A DNA stretch of 1,117 nucleotides from Naegleria gruberi (taxonomy: Eukaryota). Of this stretch, positions 1 to 1,117 are shown piece by piece. Position numbers and translations under genes: made by a program. Location: assembly GCA_000004985.1 (NCBI GenBank), contig GG739549.1; one strand, given 5' to 3'. The stretch's first letter is position 1. Every line of letters begins with the position of its first letter. The notes under the pieces are model-generated. The model was given only the letters and a program-made list of their open reading frames with translations. It was not told the DNA's origin and did not search any database.

Positions 1-720
1 GGTGGAGAATCATGGATTAAGAATACTGTCACTACCTTGTTGACTTTTACCTTACCAGTTGCTATTATTTGGGCAATTATTAATACTGTTGCTGTTTCAT
101 ATGGTTCCACTGCTGCCTTGCCATTCAAGACTGTTGCTATCATTTTGGGATTGTATCTCGTTATTTCATTCCCTCTCCTTTTACTTGGTGCTATCACTGG
201 TAAGAATTTCACAAAGGGATTCGAAGCTCCATGTAGAACCAAGAAGGTTCCTCGTGAAATTCCTCCAGTTGCTTGGTATAAGGATGAAAATTTGATGAGT
301 ATTGTTTCTGGATTTTTGCCATTCATTTCCATCTATATTGAACTCCATTATTTGTATTTGAGTATGTGGGGTCAATATGGTCACGTTCCATTCCCAATTG
401 TTTTGATGGTTGTCTTGATTTTGATTGCTGTCACTAGTTGCATTACCATTTCTCTCATTTATTTGACTCTCTCACAAGAAAACCACAATTGGTGGTGGAG
501 AAGTATCAAGTTTGGTGGTACTAGCAGTATTTTCGTTTTTGGTTATTCCCTCTATTACTACATTATGGAAAGTGGCATGTCAGGCACTCTCCAAACAACC
601 TTCTTTGTTGGTTACAACTTGGTTATTGCCTTTGCTGTTTTCTTAATGATGAGTACTGTTGGTTTCCTCTCTAGTTTGACCTTTGTCAAGAATATTTATA
701 GTTCTATTAAGTGTGAATAA
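1..720 (+). CDS. Transmembrane 9 superfamily (nonaspanin / EMP70-like) protein, C-terminal portion; 5'-truncated by the window edge, stop TAA at 718-720
   Basis: Frame 1 is open from base 1 (GGESWIKNTVTTL...) to TAA at 718. The ORF track starts it at 37 only because that is the first TTG in frame. The translation aligns collinearly with the C-terminal about 240 aa of TM9SF proteins as I recall them, for example human TM9SF2. Matching pairs are GEKW/GESW, AIPFGT/ALPFKT (nt 118-135), IPRQIP/VPREIP (nt 247-264), GILPFG/GFLPFI, EDYHWQWRSF/ENHNWWWRSI (nt 478-507), ILYFGY/TFFVGY, and the terminal FVTKIYSVVKVD/FVKNIYSSIKCE (nt 682-717). Several hydrophobic stretches of about 20 aa fit the last 4-5 helices of the nine-TM core. 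The alignment needs no gaps, so this segment has no introns. Confidence 0.9.
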   Translation, partial: GGESWIKNTVTTLLTFTLPVAIIWAIINTVAVSYGSTAALPFKTVAIILGLYLVISFPLLLLGAITGKNFTKGFEAPCRTKKVPREIPPVAWYKDENLMSIVSGFLPFISIYIELHYLYLSMWGQYGHVPFPIVLMVVLILIAVTSCITISLIYLTLSQENHNWWWRSIKFGGTSSIFVFGYSLYYYIMESGMSGTLQTTFFVGYNLVIAFAVFLMMSTVGFLSSLTFVKNIYSSIKCE

Positions 721-721
721 A
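716..721 (+). promoter_or_regulatory. Canonical AATAAA polyadenylation hexamer overlapping the stop codon of the TM9SF gene
   Basis: AATAAA occurs at 716-721 (GAA-TAA-A). It is the only exact AATAAA in the 3' flank. A T-rich stretch follows (tttgataatttttgtaaaattc, 722-743), which suits a cleavage site 10-25 nt downstream. Confidence 0.5.
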
Positions 722-827
722 TTTGATAATTTTTGTAAAATTCAATTAGTTTTATTCATTAATGAACGGAGCAATCTCTGTTGTTGTCAATTAGGTTGAT
801 AAGTTTGACCTTGCTCTCATTGTAAAG

Positions 828-851
828 GAAAAAAAGATTTGAAAAAGATTG
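828..851. repeat. Imperfect A-rich tandem direct repeat (ggaaaaaaagattt / gaaaaagattg) in the intergenic spacer
   Basis: Two adjacent copies of a GAAAAAGATT-like unit lie at 828-840 and 841-851. Function unknown. It sits about 100 bp upstream of the downstream ATG and might be a promoter-proximal element, or just low-complexity sequence. Confidence 0.35.
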
Positions 852-935
852 TGGAATTTCCAACATTCATCAGATAACATTCTCCGTACAACCAACTGGT
901 GTTGATGTTTTAATAATCACACGATAAAAAACCAG

Positions 936-945
936 CACACACACA
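936..945. repeat. (CA)5 dinucleotide microsatellite immediately upstream of the downstream gene's ATG
   Basis: cacacacaca at 936-945 sits within accagCACACACACAagATG. Confidence 0.6.
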
Positions 946-947
946 AG

Positions 948-1062
948 ATGACATCACGGGGGATCAGCAAATTGTCATCCTCATCATCGTGCTCTTTCCT
1001 TTTATTTGTATTGCTATTATCATTGGCATTACTCTTAATTAATTGTCATGCTGTTATCGGAG
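948..1062 (+). CDS. Putative first coding exon of a downstream gene: N-terminal secretory signal peptide (MTSRGISKLSSSSSCSFLLFVLLLSLALLLINCHAVIG...), ending at a consensus 5' splice donor
   Basis: ATG at 948-950. The translation has a charged/polar n-region (MTSRGISK, then a Ser run). A strongly hydrophobic h-region follows (FLLFVLLLSLALLLI). Then comes a small-residue c-region (NCHA/VIG) that fits the -3/-1 rule. The exon ends at cgg ag|GTGAGT (donor 1063-1068), a perfect AG|GTRAGT consensus. In frame, the unspliced reading hits TAA at 1068-1070, inside the donor, so splicing is the more sensible reading. Exon length 115 nt, so the intron is phase 1. Confidence 0.5.
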
Positions 1063-1117
1063 GTGAGTAAAATTATCATCATTATCATATCTTTACCAAA
1101 TCTAAATATTGTACATA
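1063..1117 (+). other. Probable 5' end of intron 1 of the downstream gene (GTGAGT donor plus AT-rich intronic sequence); acceptor not in window
   Basis: GTGAGTAAAATT... starts at 1063. The sequence after it is AT-rich and low-complexity (atcatcattatcatatctttaccaaatctaaatattgtacata) with no coherent open frame. No polypyrimidine-AG acceptor appears before the window ends. Confidence 0.4.

Noticed and set aside
59-295. 78-aa ORF on + strand in frame 2 (MLLFGQLLILLLFHMVPLLPCHSRLLL...)
   Set aside because: It lies wholly inside the strongly supported TM9SF CDS in a different frame. Its Leu-rich translation is the usual shadow of a T-rich membrane-protein gene. It has no recognisable domain.
181-384. 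67-aa ORF on the - strand
   Set aside because: It is antisense to the conserved VPREIP/GFLPF region of the TM9SF CDS. It is short, has no recognisable motifs, and is best explained as a chance antisense ORF.
948-960. TGACATCA, a CRE/AP-1-like near-palindrome overlapping the start codon
   Set aside because: It is a single imperfect half-site match that overlaps coding sequence. Nothing supports it.
1035-1042. Palindrome TTAATTAA inside exon 1 of the downstream gene
   Set aside because: An 8-bp AT palindrome is expected by chance in AT-rich sequence. It lies inside codons of the signal-peptide h-region (L-I-N), so a regulatory role is unlikely.
948-1070. Free-standing 40-aa micropeptide ORF (ATG 948 to TAA 1068-1070) read without splicing
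   Set aside because: The peptide would be almost entirely signal peptide, leaving under 10 mature residues. The stop codon sits inside a perfect GTGAGT splice donor. A spliced first exon is the simpler explanation, though this cannot be proven from the sequence alone.
1-1117. Prokaryotic features (RBS/Shine-Dalgarno sites, sigma-70 promoters, rho-independent terminators, CRISPR repeats, IS elements)
   Set aside because: The TM9SF family occurs only in eukaryotes, and the AATAAA and AG|GTGAGT signals are eukaryotic. No direct-repeat/spacer array, terminal inverted repeats or transposase-like ORF is present. The sequence does not support annotating bacterial regulatory elements here.

Overview
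This window is eukaryotic, not prokaryotic, and appears to be ordinary AT-rich eukaryotic DNA. I see no mobile element, CRISPR array, defence system or other unusual system in it. Bases 1-720 (+) are the 3' end of a gene for a transmembrane 9 superfamily protein (TM9SF / nonaspanin / EMP70 family). The reading frame is open from base 1 and ends at TAA 718-720. It carries the family's diagnostic C-terminal motifs (ALPFxT, VPREIP, ENHNWWWRS, FVKNIYSSIKCE) and a run of hydrophobic helices. An AATAAA hexamer overlaps the stop codon. An AT-rich spacer of about 227 bp follows. An ATG at 948 then opens a short exon that reads like a classic secretory signal peptide. That exon ends at a textbook AG|GTGAGT 5' splice donor at 1062/1063. 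The rest of the window (1063-1117) is therefore most likely the start of intron 1 of a second, downstream gene on the same strand. Codon usage, GT-AG intron signals, AATAAA and the tight gene spacing fit a compact invertebrate genome of the Caenorhabditis/nematode type. That assignment is inference, and a plant-like genome is not excluded. The two short ORFs on the track that overlap the CDS (59-295 + and 181-384 -) look spurious.
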